Shown: in pieces, positions 1 through 13,608 of the stretch | Layout: each line of letters starts with the position of its first letter | Position numbering within the stretch: position 1 is the stretch's first letter | From: Azolla caroliniana | Taxonomy: Eukaryota; Plantae; Polypodiophyta | Length of the DNA: 64,000 nt | Direction of reading: 5' to 3' | NCBI GenBank assembly: GCA_043228905.1 | Contig: JBHGNT010000001.1 | Location: 23,746,001 to 23,810,000, forward strand | The notes under the pieces: model-generated | What the model was told of the DNA's origin: nothing | What the model saw: the letters and a program-made list of their open reading frames with translations, nothing else | Databases searched by the model: none | Translations under genes and position numbers: made by a program

Positions 1-840
1 ATGCACACTTTGCCCTAAACCAGTTCAAGAGTCTGAGTATGACACTTTGATACAATGCTCTGTCTTTGATCATATTCGACCATGCTTTCCACACATCTTC
101 GACCAAGCCCAATCCTTGCACAAATTTCTCTCACAGCCACAATGTGCACTCTCAATTGCAACATTCATTGGTAAAGTTCTTGAACATCGAGAGTCACTAC
201 TCACTTTCACACGTATCACGTGAAATGTATTTTTTTTTGTCTCAAAGGTCATATTTGACCTCTGAATACGATAATATAATCTATCTATCTATCTTTGTGG
301 TATGGTCCATTTGAATTTAGGTCGCGTGATCTATAAAAGGCAACGAGCCACATAGATATGGCATGTGCCTCTCAATAATCATTTGTATAGCTAGTAAATG
401 CTTACATTTACTCACAAGGTTTTGGCAATCACAATATGAGCATTGGAGTGAGACATTATACCATAAAGTGGGAGATTTTGACATGCTCAATATTCTAAAC
501 CACTATCGGGCCTCATCCACAATATGCACCGTGGAAGTATCTATGACATACCTTTCCAATCCTCTCAGCCTCTTTAAGTTTGAGCCTTTGATCTCGACTA
601 TTTGCACAGGGTGCAAATCGACCACTCTCACATATTTATTGTTGTTTCTTGTACCATTCCATGATCGTTCCTCCAATCCAAGTGCTAGTTTCATTGTCCT
701 TGATAAAGACATGCACAAGATTGATAATTGATCGGTTTATTCTTCCTCCCAAGGCAGTATACTTGATAAACTGCCAATGTCTTTCCACAATATTGGTAGT
801 GTCAACATGTCCATAGTTGAACATTCTTCCAAACTTGTGT
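1..840 (-). mobile_element. Degenerate Mutator-like (MULE) transposase relic with SWIM zinc finger
   Basis: Minus-strand translation gives FNYGHVDTTNIVERHWQFIKYTALGGRINRSIINLVHVF (~705-824), resembling the TNNxxExxH/WxxxK MULE motif. Further on (~365-465) it gives WYNVSLQCSYCDCQNLVSKCKHLLAI, a CxC...CxH SWIM finger. The frame is disrupted and is cut at ~842 by an LTR. Confidence 0.6.
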
Positions 841-842
841 TA

Positions 843-2853
843 TGTAAGCGTGTCCTTCCTGATGGGGGAAGACAACTGAAAAGCCGTGAATCGGTCGAGA
901 GGCCGAATGAGGACCGGCTGGTCGAAATTGGTTAGGAGACCGAATGAGAGTCGGCCGACTGGAATCGGCCGAGAGACCAAATGAGAGTCAGCCGAGAGGT
1001 CGATATATATATATACATAGAAGTTAGGGTTATATATAATAATCTCTATGCATAAGAGAAGAATAGTGTGAATAGAGAGCGCGAGTGAGACAGATAAGAA
1101 GAGAGAGTGTGTGAGAAAGAGACGAGAAGAGAAGAGAGAGAGCGTAGAGAAGTGCAGAGAGCCATGAAAGAGGCAGATATAAAGGAGTTAGGGTTTGGTG
1201 GACTTGGTTGAAACCATGGTTTCAGACGACAGCCTGGGAGTACATTTATACCTAAATAGGTCCTATCATTTCATGCACTACTGTTGTATGAGTCTTGCCT
1301 TCTCTACAGTATTGCAGTACTCTCCTGAAATTTGGGTTTTCTCTTAGCGAGCTAAGAAGACTTTTCTATCTTGTTTTGTACTCTCTTGTCTCATAGTGGA
1401 AATCTTTTCCCTTAGCAAGCTAAGGAGACTGCTCGGTGGTTTTCCCTGGCTTTAGGGTTTCCATGTAAATCGTGTGTATTATTATCTGTGTTTGTGTCTC
1501 AGATTTATTTTGTTTTGTTTATCTATGATTGTAAATCCATCAAATTGGTATTAGAGCGCTAGGTCCTAGATGGAAGGAAGTGTGAGTGGTTTTCTAGGAA
1601 TGATAGTCGTAAACTCTCACAACTATTCTGACTGGAAGATCAAGATGGAGGATCTTCTGATAGTTAGAGACCTGTATGAGCTGATAGATAGGAAGGATAT
1701 ATCAAGAATATAGTAAATAGAAAGACGGTCGCAACTATTAGACAATGTGTAGACGTGAGTGTCCTTCAACATGTGGCAAATGATACAAATGCCTACGACT
1801 TGTGGCATAAGCTCTCTGGGTTGTATGAAAGGAAAAATGCTCTCAACAAAGCTTCCCTGATGAGAAAGTTGGTGGGGCTAAAGTACATTGATGGTGATAG
1901 CACTGTGGTGCACATCAGTACTTTCATGGGGTTCGTAAACTAGCTAGCCTCAATGAAGTTCCCATTAGATGATGCGATGCAGGCCCTATTACTACTCCCT
2001 TACTACTATGTACCCTACCCGACAGTTGGGAGAATCTAGTAGTATTAGTTAATGCTTCTTGTCAAGAAGAGAGCACGTCTTTACAAGTGGTAAAGACAAG
2101 CATTTTGAACGACGAGACAAGAAGAAAAGATAAGTGTGCCTTGTCTAAATCGGAAGCGAATGTGGCACAAAACCTTGGTAGAGGAAGAAGTAAACATAGA
2201 AGTCCTCAAAACAAAGACAAGTCTCATGCCAGGTCAAAGTCCAGAGGAAGACTCACATGTTTTTATTGTGGGAAACCTGGCCATTTCCAAAAGAATTGTC
2301 AACACCTTAAGAAGGACAAAAGCATTGTTGATGATGTTGAACCCAAAACAATTTCTAATGAGAAAAACATTTCAGCCATTGCAACCAATGAGGAAGAATT
2401 GTTATCCATTTGTGAACAAACTAGTGTGAGTCTTGCAAATGTTGAGTGTTCTAGGGTAGTTGATTCCAGTGCATCGTTTCACCTAACTCCCAAAAGAGAA
2501 TGCTTATCATCGTACACAGTCAGCGACTATGTCTATGTAAAGATGGGAAATGACGGTGAATGCAAGATTGTGGGCATAGGAAATGTGTGCTTGTTAACAT
2601 CTATTGGCTTAATGTTAAAGGATGTATGCCACATTCCAAATGTCAAATTGAATCTGATATCGGCTGGACGACTGAATGATGAAGGCTACAATGGTAGTTT
2701 TTGTAATGGTGCATGGAAGTTCAATAAGGGAAGTCTAATTGTGACTTGAGCACAAAAATAGAACACATTGTATGAAATGCATGCAAGGTTATGTCGAGAT
2801 GAAGCAAATGTAGTGGCCAACTCAGATGGTGAGGTGTGGCATAAAAGGCTCGG
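843..2853 (+). mobile_element. Truncated Ty1/copia (Tnt1-like) element: 5' LTR, PBS, gag, protease, start of GAG-pre-integrase
   Basis: LTR TGTAAG(843)...ATCA(1542). Met-tRNA PBS TGGTATTAGAGC at 1546-1557. Gag starts at ATG 1570 (NYSDWKIKMEDLL), with zinc knuckle CFYCGKPGHFQKNC, protease VVDSSASFHLT and WHKRLG at ~2837-2853, where another LTR interrupts. Contains stops and frameshifts. Confidence 0.9.
888..1000 (+). repeat. ~37-bp degenerate tandem repeat (x3) in LTR U3
   Basis: Recurring GAATCGGCCGAGAGACCGAATGAGAGTCGG-like unit. Confidence 0.6.
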
Positions 2854-5800
2854 TGTTATGTACACGTAACGTAGGTGAGGGTAGGTCACTAATATTTACA
2901 TAAGCGAAGGGTATGTTCACTAATGTTAAAAAGGGGACTAATGTGATTGGATATAAGGAATGATATGTGCATGCACTATCATGATTTGGACAACCAATGA
3001 ATGGAGAGCCTTTTAAAAAGGTGCATCTATTCAAGGGGCCTAGGAAGAGGTATAAATATGAGGCTTAGCTACCCTCATAAGGACATTACGTTAGAAGGCA
3101 ATTGTCTTAGACATTGGTGGTGCGGGCTAGGCTTTCGTCTCGATGATCGTGTTTATCTCTTCCAAGGTATTAGTCGTCCTAATATCCAACGGTATGGGAC
3201 GTCGGTGGTAGGTTGGCTATGTCAAGATCGTAGCTCGGGGGTGGTCGGGTGGAACGGGTTCTTCAATCCAATCTATTTTCCTTCTTTTTACTTTATTTTG
3301 GTCTATTGATTAGTAATAGACTCTTAACAATGGTATTAGAGCATTTACTAACAATTTTTTTTTGTTGTTTTGATGTTTTTGCGTGTGAGCGATGGGGATC
3401 TAACAAGGCTCGTCATGCTCTTCTTAGGATCAAAACAACATTCTAAACCCGGTATTCTTCTTTCTCTATCTCTCTTCTTTTCTATGACGTGTTATTCTTG
3501 GTCGCATGGAAATTGTATTACATTTCCTTTTCTTTTCTTTCTTCTTTCTACGATGATACGATTTACAATCTTATTGTGCATCGGGTCGAGCGTGCTTGCC
3601 CTAATCACACACGCTCACCTCATGGCCCTTTTGCATATGATGTTGCGTATGCCACTCTTCCCTTTATTGAGCCATCACTTCGTGGATTCTATGGGATGTT
3701 GTGGGCTTGACAAGGTGTATGCCGCCTACCTATGCCGCTCTACTATCTATTGAACCATCACTTGGCCGATTCTATGATATGTTGTGGCCTTGACGAGGTA
3801 TATGTCGCTTACCTAGGTCACTCTACTCTCTATTGAGCCATCACTTGGCCGATTCTATGGGATGTGGTGGTCTTGAGGAGGTGCATGTCGACTACCCTAG
3901 GGTTTCTTACCTTATGGCATGCTTAATGTTTCATACACCTAATTGATTATTATTCTACCTATTTTCTAATTACACAAGTTACCTTATCCCTTTCTTAAGA
4001 TTTCTTATGATTTTCATCTACCCACCCACACTTCATTGTTTTTTAACCTTAATTTTTATGTTCATCTACACTATTTACATGTGTTTCCCTATTGGGTAAC
4101 GATTTTGTGTAGTCTATTTTTTTCATATTGAGTGGGCATCATGCCGCTTTTTAAATATATTTTCCAAGTCCTCTAGGTTTAACTCATGTAATTGAGCCTT
4201 AGAACTCAATTAAAAACACATGAGTTCCCCAGGTGATGTTTAAATTCTCATAAATTTGAGTACTACATCTTTACGTACAACACCACCACCATTTGTAACA
4301 ACTTCTGGCTTATGTCACAATTGTGCAAATTACAATCGCCATATCAATGTGATGGATATGTGCATACCTCACACCATCCATTTATTTGTGGTATTTTTGT
4401 TTAGTAGCAACACATGATTTTTGAACCTTGTTTTCGTCACTTATTGACTCTCATAGGTAGTGACTTATTTTTCTCTTTTTTTCATAACATTTGCTTGCTA
4501 CTCACAAGACTTGAATATTACTTGCGAGTGCACTTGTTTTTGCACGTAATACACTTTCTCGACCAATCAATACATGTTGAGTTGGCATTTTAATATAAGG
4601 CTAACTAGGAAATTACATTGATGCTAAAACCATGGTTGAGCCTCGGGGAGCCGCCATGATTATTCAAGATAGTGATCCGAGAAAGACATATTTGATATGA
4701 TTCCCCCCATGGTTTTTAAAACACCATAGTGTTACCATAGTTATTGGATCTCGAATCACATCTCATGTGTCTAGAGGGGTAAAGACGTGAGATGCTTTCT
4801 TGGATAAAGTTCTTCCAATCAAAATTTCAAGCATTCATTTTGCTTGTGTATTTTCTGAACCTCCTTATTTATATTGCGTACACACAACTTGCATCATGGA
4901 ACAACATTTGAACATTGTTGGAGCGATCTCTCCCATCGAGACCTCACAACTCCAATCCGCATCTCGCGCACAAGCTGAGATCACTATTGAGCAACTACTC
5001 ACTACTACCTTGAATCAATTGGCTGAAATGAGGCAAGCCAATATGGCTTTGGAAAAGAAATTCCAAGAATTGACTATTGAGTCCAAGAAAGAAGGTTCAC
5101 CTTCTTTCGTAGTCACGCCATTCAAGGGAGATTATAAAGAAAGAACTGAGGAGGCCATTAGCACTTGGCTTGGTTGTTGGGAGTCTCACTTTGAGCTCCA
5201 TCCCAAACTTGATGTGGTAAAAATTGGTTATGTCGGTCGTGAGTTAGGTGGCTGAGCTGTTGCTTGGTGGCGTGGCCTAAGGACTGCAAAGAACTTGCCC
5301 ACAACTTGGGAAGGTTTCGTCAATGTTTTTAAGAAATTGTTCTTGCATCCACCTTCTCAAACCAAACAAGCTCAAAACTTGCTCACGTTGTTGAGCAAAC
5401 CATTTACCTCTCTCGAGGATTATGTGCACATCATGCTCAGACCCAGGTCCAAAAATCGGGACTTACGGGTGAGAAATGGTTTGTCGCTTGTTTTTTGAAT
5501 GGTATTTCCAATGGGGATTATCATTGGATTGTCCATGAGAAGGACCCCACAACTTCCGAGGAAGCCGTCAATATTGTACTTCGGTAACATAGGACTTCCA
5601 AGAAGGCCACAATAAACCTGAGTTGGCCAAAACTCCAAATGTCAAGCTCATTGGGAAACATAAGCAATCCAGTGACACTCTTGAATGCAACTCAAAGAAA
5701 CCGAACCTCTTCTGTGCATATTGCAAGAAGGGGGGCCACACAAAGGATACTTGCCTTCGTCTTGAGAGGAAGTCAATGAGCACCCCTCAAGAAAAATCTA

Positions 5801-5930
5801 CGAGTCACACAGATGAGTCTTTTGATGTTATTGAAGTTCATACCAACCACTTAAGTTCATGTGAATGCACTTTTCCTTCACATACTTGGACCTAATGATA
5901 TACTCCGAGCAGTCGGGTATATCAATGGAA
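2854..5930 (+). mobile_element. Truncated Ty3/gypsy-type element: 5' LTR, PBS, long leader, gag with zinc knuckle
   Basis: LTR TGTTATG(2854)...TTAACA(3329). PBS TGGTATTAGAGC at 3331-3342. Retrotrans_gag-like sequence TWLGCWESHF...G*AVAWW...TWEGFVNVFKKLF (~4896-5500) and CCHC CAYCKKGGHTKDTC (~5712-5755). No pol follows. Confidence 0.8.
3665..3900 (+). repeat. 83-bp tandem repeat (~3 copies) in retroelement leader
   Basis: TATTGA(G/A)CCATCACTT recurs at 3665, 3748 and 3831. Confidence 0.85.
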
Positions 5931-8140
5931 CAGTCCTAGGAACAATGTCAACGTTCTGGTTAGGTTGGGACTTTTGCCGGCCAAGGTGGGAGAGAGTCGT
6001 AACTGATTCCGGCTAGAATTTCCCAAAAACCGGAATCTAGCCGGTTCACATTTTTGTAACCGGCTATTTATGCATTTTGTTTAAAAAAATAATGTTAAAA
6101 AAACAAGTTTCCCTCTTTCCCCTTCTTTCACTGTGGTTTTCCCTCTTTCCCTACTCTTGAATCCCTCTTTTCCCCCTCTTTCACCGTGTTTTTCCATGTT
6201 TCCCTACTCTCGAATCCCTATTTTCCCATGTCTATATTACCTCTTCGCAAATAGTGTACTCATCGAAGGAGTAGTGAAATTTGAGAAATTCGGTCCTGAT
6301 AGGAAGAAAGTAAGTCATTTTCTTCAATCAATTCTGTTTTCCTTTAAACCTTCCCTTATTTTTGTTATGTAACTAGAAATATTTTTTGTTTTTATCTTCA
6401 TCATGGATCAAATTTTGTGGTTTTTTCTTATCATCATAATGATTTTTTTGGTAAATGTACTCAAGGTTTTAGAGTTTTTATTGTCGATGCTACAACTTGC
6501 TAACAAAGACAGGAAATTGGAAGTAATAATTAGTGGGACAAGATTTCTATCAAGGAACAAGGGAGGGGCTCGACATGTTGAATCATGTGTTAGGATTATT
6601 TAAAAGCATGAACCACGCGATTACGTACTGCTTCACACTGTTTCTAACTGTTGTTGGAGAAGATGAATTCATCTCTTCTTGTTTAGCAGGAACTGAAATT
6701 AGTTGGCCAGATGATGGAGATGGAATACTTCTATCATGTAATGTATATATATGTATCGTGCTCCAATTGGTTATTACCCACATGCAACTGATCTTTTGTG
6801 CAGTTAATATCGACATTGATTTAATATGTTGTCTTTGTGTCAACAACATAACAATGATGTGGGACATAAGGCCATTTGTTTGTACTCATGTTGTGGAGAT
6901 TATGAGATGTTTGATGGCCTTTCGATCTATGCAAATGTAGAAGGAAACCTCAACTCATCAAACCATAAGAGGTATGTTTTCATGTTTGCCTTAATGCGGC
7001 TAATTCATTTGTGTATTAAACTCCAAGCAATTTGCAGATACATGTCAACTATGTGGTGCTTTGTTTCTTTCATCTCATGCACCTTGTGGGTTAATAATAA
7101 TGCAGGAAGAGATTGTTGATGAGACAAATGAATATGTAGATGTTCATAAAAGGTAATGCCTAGAAAGTGAACATTTAGTTTTGAATATTCAAAATCATTT
7201 GTTTAAAGAACGCCTTAATTTTAAAAACAAGTTCTTTTGGGGAAGATAAATTGAATTGAATGATTTTTTTATCTATTGATTTGAACGAGAGCAGAACTAG
7301 AGACGTTGTTTCTTTGTATCACCAACGAGATCTACATTAGTTGCTTAGCTCGTGAGTTTGATTGGAGTGAGTATCATATCATTTTCCTATCTAGCTTTCT
7401 TTTGTTTATTTCACTTGTAGATGGTGTATATGTAGGGATATGAACACTTAAGTTTAGTTCATTCCATTTCATGAAAGTCACTAATTGATTCCACATACTA
7501 AAAATGTTTCGCTTTGGGTCCTTGTAGGCCATATTTTGTCCTCTAAGAGCAATAATAAAATATGTTTTTTGTGTCCATTGCATGTGACACTATTCTTTTA
7601 TTGGCAATGTTGGTGGTGGCTCAAAGCTATATAAAAGTATGGTTTGTTCCTTTTTTCCATTGCAGAGCTCAATGAATTCACAAAGCCAGAAATTGTTGAT
7701 AGACAAGCCAAATAAGGCCGGGAAAAAATTGATAGGCCTAAACAACCATTATTGGAATAATAGCTTTTCAATCATTCTGATTTTGAGTATGTATATAACC
7801 AAAGTACCAAATGCCATGATTTTTTGCGTGGATAGAAGAGGTTAATTTCCTAGAAATGTATCTATACATTGTTGTTTATACACAACTTAGATATAGACAA
7901 GTTATGAATAATATTGAAGCCTTAAACATTCATGTGTTGCCAAGGACGTCTAAGTCTTTGGCCACCACAATGGTAAATAGGTCATGAAGAAAAGATAACA
8001 TGATAAAAGGTTGTGAATTTGATTAAGATCTTACATCGATTAGTTGCATATAATAAGATGTGCAAAAAAATAATTTTAGCATGTTCCAGTTGACATTATC
8101 ACTTGTAGGAAAGTGGCCGGTTAAAATTTTTAATTTCCGG

Positions 8141-11100
8141 ATACCACGAGCTACTTGGACGCATATAAGGCCGAAGTGCTTATGCGAAACGTCCCCGAAG
8201 ATAGGCGGCTAACCGGATTCACTAGAGTGGTAATGTCGAGTATCCACGCAGAGGTACTCGAGATCCAAGCGGACTGTCGCAATTGGGTGGAGTTCGAAGA
8301 AAGACTCCTCGAGAAGTACGGCCTTGATGACTCACTCAGAATTTCGAAAAGGGATCTAATGGAGTGGGTTGAGCTTCCCGGCAAGGGGAGAAATACTATG
8401 GCACTTCTACAAGAATTTGAGAAGCTCTTCGCGCAACTCTCAGCTCTCGATAGGACGGTGCTCGACACAAGCAAGGTCCTACTATTCATAAAAGTTATTG
8501 ATGCACGGGACTGAGAGAAGGTGGGGCTCCTCCTCGAAACTGATGATGGGCTCATGACAGATTGGGCTATGGTAAAAGGGGTTTGTAGTCGTTTTGATAA
8601 GAGAAGGGAATGGAATGATGGGCAAACATCCACAGGCTCCATTAGTGAGACACACGAACCCAGGGGTGGTAGAGCACCTCAAGAAAGAGAGCAAGCAAAT
8701 GCAAGGTTTGTGCCCGAGAGAAACGCGGTTGAAGCACCGTCTGGAGGGTCGGCAATAGACGAGCTCACAAAGATGGTGCGAGATCTCCAAATAGCGCAAG
8801 CTAGGAGAGAGAGTGGCGGCCCTCAAGATCGATGTCCCCCGTTCGCGCAAAGATGTATGTGGTGTGACAATCCCGACCACCTATGAAGGGAGTGTGGAGA
8901 CTTTCAAGAGGCCCTAAGAAGGAATATTGTCTATCTTTGGAACAATAGGGTCTATTCAACAGAGACAAGGCGCCCCTTGGGATGGAATCAAGGTCGAGGG
9001 GGCATGAGAAGGCTAATGGAGGAGTCCGAAGCACGACATGTTGAAGTCGTCCACTACTCGGTGTCAGCTAGGATTCGAGTGGGGAAAGAGGTGAGGAGGC
9101 AAGAGGAGAAAGAGGTTGACTTTTGGCCGTCAATCCTTGGAAGCCTCTCTAGGGGAAAGTTCAAAAGAGAAGAACAGGACAAAGCGGAAAGAAGGGTCGA
9201 AGAAGCAACCGGGTGGAAGGATCCGGTGGAAGAAAAGATGGTCTTAGGGGAAGCTGCTTGCCAAAACTACGAAGTAATGGTAGAAGAGAAAAAGGTAGGA
9301 AATGACGAGGGAGCCGGTCCATCAAGGAAATACGACGCTCGAGGTGCACGAAGAAGGGAAGAGCCGAACCAATCTCAAGCACGCGATGAAAGATGGAAAG
9401 AGAAGGGGAACCCCCCAACCTCACGCTTTGCTCGGAGATTGAACAAGCAACGGACTTGAAGAAGGTAGTGGAGGAAAGGATCCTCGATAGTCACGTAGAG
9501 TCTATTGTACGAGACGTCCTCGGAATTGCCAAGAAAGAATTCCACGAGGTCATCATCGACCTAATGAAAAGGAAGCGGCTCTCGAGAGAGCAAGAAGTGG
9601 CAAAGCCTGCGATTGTAAATGCATTGTCAACTGAGTTGCCCGAGGAAGATGAAGACTATGCGGGCAGTCACTACACGAGGCCGCATTGGGCGAGAGCGAC
9701 AACGGAGACACTGGTATGGGTCAGAGATGTAAAAGAGACGGTTGTAGCATTGATCGACCATGGCTCTGAGATCAACCTTATGTCCATGGACTTTTATAAA
9801 AAGGGAAAGTGGTCGATCAACACGAAGCACGGGTGGAAGCTTAGAGCGGCGACCCGAGCAACCGAGGAGCTATACAGGGCTTGCCCGAATGTACGGGTGA
9901 AGGTGGGGGATGTAGAAATAGATCAACATTTCTTTGTTCAAGAGACGTCCTCGCACCCGGTCATCTTGGGTGAACCATACATCACGGTGGCTCGCATGGA
10001 GACGAAGGTGCTAGACAACAGGTCGGCATATGTGAGGATCAAGAGCCAAGATGGGAGGCATTCAGTCCAATTCCTTACAATGCGGCCCAACCATGAGCGC
10101 AATCGAGCATCCCTCAAAGGGGAGAGTTGAGAGGATTTTTTATGCGGGCTATTAAAGAGTGGGGCCGCAATAGCCCGAGGCAAACTAAGAGCCAAAACCC
10201 TTGCAAAACTATTAAATATAATAGGAAATTTTTTTGGTTCTCCGAAAATGGAGCTTGTAAAATTACCAGTTTAAGTGATAGAGATAAGCTTAGGGCCAAG
10301 AGATACAAAAGGTATCTCAAACAATGTAATTTTTTATGGGAAGATGACACCATAAGCGGCGCCATGGAGCCGGTCTCGTTCGACGACACTCTCAGAGAGA
10401 TGGAGAGGATAGTCGCTTCCGGTCTCAATGAAGATAAGGTAATTCCAGTCAACTCAGTTGACATGTACACCGCCATCGAAGAGCTTGGGCGGTTGATCGA
10501 GGAAGCGAGGACGGTCGAGGTGCAAACGAAGTACAATACGGTGGACAAGAAGGTGAAGCATGTGGTTGCCCCATTGCCTAATGATAGTTGGGGTCAGATA
10601 AAGGGGGTAGTGGCTGATCCTAGCTTGCGGGACCCACGAGGGATAGGGCATCGGTTCACCGATGAGACGCGACAGAAGATCCGGATTGGTGGGGGTGGCT
10701 TCCTATTGTCTAGGGAGTAGGAAAGATTTAGAAGGATGATCGAAAGCCACGGAAGGGCTTTCGCCTTCTTGTCGAGTGAGATAGGGTGCGTAAACCCTAA
10801 GATCATGGAGCCAATGGCGATCTTTATGGTACCGCATGTACTGTGGAACATCAAACCAATCCTAGTTTCGAGAGCTCACATTCTGAAGTTGATTGAGCTA
10901 CTCAAGGAAAAGATTGAGATGGGTATCCTTGAGCCATCAAGCGCCCCATACTCGAATCAGTGATTCATTGTGCCAAAGAAGAACGACACCTTACGCTTTA
11001 TCCAGAACCTACAACCTGTTAATCAAGCGACAATTCGAAATGTAGGGGTCGGGCCGAGCGTTGACGAATTCGCCGAGGCCTTCGCTGGAAGGTCTATTTA

Positions 11101-13411
11101 TTCGATCAGTGATCTATACTCAGGGTATGGTCAATTCCAACTAGTCGTGGAGAGTAGGGACATCATGACAATGCGGACCCCTATTGGCCTAGTGCGAATG
11201 TGTACCTGGCCACAAGGAGGCACTAACTTTGTAGCCCACATGGTAAATGCAATGAACAAGGTATTGAGAGATTGCATCCCTGACATCACCATGCCATTCC
11301 TCGATGACATCCCCATAAAAGGGTGCTCTGAAGCGGAGAAAGATGAAATGTTGGACGAGGATGGGTGCAGATGTTTTCTGGTAGATCACATCTCCGATTG
11401 CGGGAAGGTTCTACAAAGACTCGAAGATGCACTCTTGACCTTCTCGGGTGAGAAATCAACATTCGGCCAACCAGAGATTATTGTGGTGGGACACTTGTGT
11501 GGGACGTACGGATGACTTTCAAAATCATGATTTTTCAATCCCATATCATCCACCTTTGCCAACCCCGACAAAGGTGGATGATATCACAAACATGAGGGAA
11601 GAATGTAAATCGCAGACAAATGTGAGGCGATTTCTTTGTGCATGTGCATTCTACCACATTTGGATCCCGCATTATGCTCACCTAGTCGAGCCTTTGTATG
11701 GGCTACTCAAGAAAGGGCGGAAGTTCATGTGGGAGGAAAAGCACACAGAGGCAATGAAGAGGCTCAAAGGAATGTTGGTAGCGCAGCTTTACGAAAAGCC
11801 GTATACAAGGAAGGGGTGCCCATCTACGTGACGGTAGATACGAGTCCAATAGGGATCAGATGGGTCATCAACCAAGAAGGAGAGGATGGTGCACGTTATG
11901 CCATCCGGTTCGGAGCCAAGGTCTTAAGCGAGCAACAACGAGGATACGCCCAAGTAAAACGTGAGCTTTGGGGTATTGTGTCCGCAGTGAAGGCGGATAA
12001 AGATTACCAAATTGGGTCAGAGGTGGTAATAGAGACAGATTGCCTTCCAATCCTAGGGATGGTTTCGGGATGTGCAACAGCTGACTTAGCTATGCTAAGA
12101 TGGATTGCTTACATCAAATCAAAGAACCCAGAGATTCACCACATTTCAGGGAAGAACAATGCCATGGCAGATATGCTATCGAGGGCAAGATTCAAGGGCG
12201 AAAGCGACATGGTGTCTGAAGATGAGGATGTCGTTCTTGACTTCTTTAAGACGGCCCAAGCATCTATAGATGATCGAGATGTGCGAGTACTCCACGCCTT
12301 CAATGAAGGTGAACACGAAGGGGAGTGGCTACATATTGGCAAGTTCTTAAGCTCAATGACAGTGGATAGCTCATGGTCGAAGGAGGATGCACAAAGAGTC
12401 TGAAAGAAATAGTACAAGTACTTCCTATGAGGGGGATTCCTCTGGAGGCACCCGAAGAGAAGGACAGGGATGCCACTACGAGTAGTCATCAAGGAAAAGG
12501 ACCAGACAACATTGGTGTCCGAGTCCACGGACACGGGCCTATCGTCAAAGCCATTGTAAGAGCTTGTGATGGGCGAGTCGGGAACTAGCCTCGGTTACTA
12601 CCTTATGCCTTGCGGGCCGACATAACAACTCACAGCTCAGTTACAGGTTTCATGCCAGCTAAACTCATGTACGGACAAAACCCGATGATGCCCATTGAAG
12701 ACATGATCGCATCATGGGTAGCGATGCCATGGGAAAACGAGATGAGTCGAGAAGAGCTTCCAGTAACAAGGATAAGGCAACTCGAGAGAAGACCTGAAGA
12801 CTTGGAGTTGGTGATGGAGAGGTTAGAAGCGATTAGGCTACATAACAAAGCTCAATTCGACAAGACACACTGACTACGCCCTTGAAAGATCGAAGAAAGA
12901 GACTGGGTGATTGTGTATGATAGCAATCTCGACAATCAACATAGCTCGATGCGGAAATTTGCAAAGCGATGGTTCGGGCCGTACGTGGTAACGAGTGCAA
13001 ACAATAATGCCACCTACCACCTCATTGAACTTGATGGGACTAAGCTGGCAGTACCTATAGCAGGGACGCGGGTCAAAATCTTCAAAAGACAGCACGACAG
13101 TGAGCCAAACCTCGATGACCTTGACGACGATGAAGACGAGCGAACCACGAGCCGCGGGGTCAATGAGGAGGAAGAAGTGGACTATTGACCACCCTCAGCC
13201 CGCCATTCTTGGCACATACCGGAGGATGTGCGGTTTGGTGGGGGTGGATGTCGTGATGTGGTGTGCCGAGTGTGGGAAAAATGTGGTGAAAGGGGGTTAA
13301 AATGTGTATGTGCAATGTGTATGCACACAAAGTCGATTAATTGTCCACATGGAAAAGAAAAGGAAAAAGGAAGGGTGCAAAGGAGGTTTAGGAACTCGTG
13401 TAAAAGAGAGA
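8141..13411 (+). mobile_element. Degenerate Ty3/gypsy gag-pol (5' end missing) with PPT and start of 3' LTR
   Basis: Gag SYLDAYKAEVLMRNVPEDRRL and zinc knuckle CMWCDNPDHL*REC. Protease ALIDHGSEINLM (~9750). RT DLYSGY...PQG...PFLDDIPIKG (10970-11515). RNase H VTVDTSPIG...IETDCLP...NAMADMLSR. Integrase core is largely deleted near 12520, but C-terminal KRWFGPY remains. G-rich PPT is followed by LTR start TGTCGTGATG at 13249. Domain order PR-RT-RH-INT is that of gypsy. Confidence 0.93.
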
Positions 13412-13608
13412 GGAGCAGTGTTGGGCAAAGTTTCTAGTCCATACCGGAAATTTTCCTGCTTCTTACCACACACTTACTAAGGTTTGCCCTAGTTGTCTTT
13501 ATACTTATACAACTTTATGGCTATTTACATACATAGCCCACATGGGGTAGAGGAGAAGTATAATGAGAGACTCGGAGGCAATGACCTTGAGTTCACCTTC
13601 GTCTGACA

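Noticed and set aside
3665-3900. Regular repeats as a CRISPR array (also 13609-14070)
   Set aside because: The whole monomer repeats with no unique spacers, the context is a eukaryotic retroelement, and there are no cas genes.
6133-7845. Short ORFs as host genes
   Set aside because: They have no recognisable domains and have the composition of AT-rich non-coding DNA.
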